From: Myxococcota bacterium
GTDB taxonomy: Bacteria; Myxococcota_A; UBA796; SXON01
Assembly: GCA_040386535.1 (NCBI GenBank)
Contig: JAZKFH010000019.1
Location: 226,186 to 290,185 of the forward strand
Direction: 5' to 3'
DNA: 64,000 nt
The first letter of the stretch is position 1, and every line of letters starts with the position of its first letter. Of this stretch, positions 63,313-64,000 are shown piece after piece. Below the pieces are notes generated by a model. That model was not told the origin of the DNA and ran no database searches. It saw only the letters and a program-made list of their open reading frames with translations. Position numbers and translations under genes: made by a program.

Positions 63313-63618
63313 CTACAGGTCGGCCCCGCACCGCCAGCACAGCTCGAAGGCGGGCGGGTTCTCCTCGCCACACTTCGGGCACGTGTGCGGTTCGCCCTCA
63401 CCGGCGGCATCGATCTCGGCCAGCAGCGCGGACGCCGAGAGCAGGTGTTCGGGCCCCACCCACACCTCCACCCGCGCGTCGGCGAAGGGAATCTCTCCCG
63501 CCAACGGCGCGCGCGATTCGCCGCGCACCTCGGACCGGAGCCCGGCGCGCAGCAGCGCGGTGTTGACGAGGTGCGCTTCGGGTAGCGAACGGCAGATGCG
63601 GAGACGGACCCAGGTCAT
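63313..63618 (-). CDS. DUF2007-like protein with C-terminal RanBP2-type zinc finger
   Basis: EAHLV...LAGEIP...VWV; CPKCGEENPPAFELCWRCG. Confidence 0.82.
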   Translation of the reverse strand: MTWVRLRICRSLPEAHLVNTALLRAGLRSEVRGESRAPLAGEIPFADARVEVWVGPEHLLSASALLAEIDAAGEGEPHTCPKCGEENPPAFELCWRCGADL

Positions 63619-63640
63619 GCGGCCGACGGGCTTAACCCGC

Positions 63641-64000
63641 TCAACCAGGAAGGTGGGAGTACGGATCCAGCGTGCGGAGCCGCTCGTCGTCCACCGGCCC
63701 GCCGACGGTGAAGTGGTAGATCGGGGTCCATCCGCTCGGGGCGGCGATGCCGAACGCCTGGCGCGTCGCGTCGTCGAAGAAGCAGCCGATCCCGGTCCCG
63801 CGCAGCTCGTCGCTCTCCGCTTCGAGGTACAGCGCGTGCCCGATGGCGCCCGCCTCCCAGTGGAGCCGCCGGTAGAACCACGCGCCGTGCTCCGCGAGCG
63901 CGCCCGGGACGTCGGCGAGCATCGCGACGGCGAACGCGCCATCCCCCGCGATGGCCTGGCCGCACGAGACGTGCCCCGCGAGGCCGCGGACATCGGTGGG
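63641..64000 (-). CDS. C-terminus of a SagB/ThcOx-type nitroreductase-family protein (5' truncated by window)
   Basis: SCGQAIAGDGAFAVAML...YRRLHWEAGAIGHALYLEAE...GTGIGCFFDD...YHFTVG. Confidence 0.85.
   Translation of the reverse strand, partial: PTDVRGLAGHVSCGQAIAGDGAFAVAMLADVPGALAEHGAWFYRRLHWEAGAIGHALYLEAESDELRGTGIGCFFDDATRQAFGIAAPSGWTPIYHFTVGGPVDDERLRTLDPYSHLPG

Noticed and set aside
63641..64000. SagB/ThcOx gene as part of a RiPP (azole) cluster
   Set aside because: No YcaO or precursor peptide visible in the window; stand-alone members are common. The region beyond the window is unseen.

Overview
High-GC window (roughly 70%+ by eye), most likely from a Myxococcota-type bacterium, judging by the MYXO-CTERM tails, MopE-like/FG-GAP surface lipoproteins and poly-HAMP kinase. 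About 47 CDS. I saw no rRNA, tRNA, CRISPR, transposase or reverse transcriptase. Three themes dominate. (i) Large Ca/Cys-rich surface proteins: a 2303-aa Ig-repeat lipoprotein with an apparently exact 819-bp internal tandem repeat, a C-type-lectin/MopE-repeat/MYXO-CTERM protein followed by a rhomboid protease, and FG-GAP and MopE-repeat lipoproteins. (ii) Many sensors and regulators: an OsaA/OsaB-like poly-HAMP kinase plus receiver, a Bacteroidetes-style hybrid two-component system (HTCS), a wHTH-ATPase-TPR protein, an OmpR/kinase pair, TetR, two ArsR-SRPBCC pairs and an SRPBCC-fused adenylate cyclase. (iii) A translationally coupled lipoprotein / CxxCH / Tat-DUF1501 / cytochrome c operon. The most notable observations are ultra-short, mostly uncharged signal peptides on many exported proteins, and candidate operators read directly from the DNA. 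These link the HTCS to the giant adhesin (21-bp-period repeat), the wHTH-ATPase-TPR protein to a small secreted protein (11-bp-period heptamers), and TetR to a distant di-iron enzyme (TGGCA-N5-TGCCA). Family assignments come from motif recognition, not database searches. Many starts were moved downstream of the ORF-track starts.
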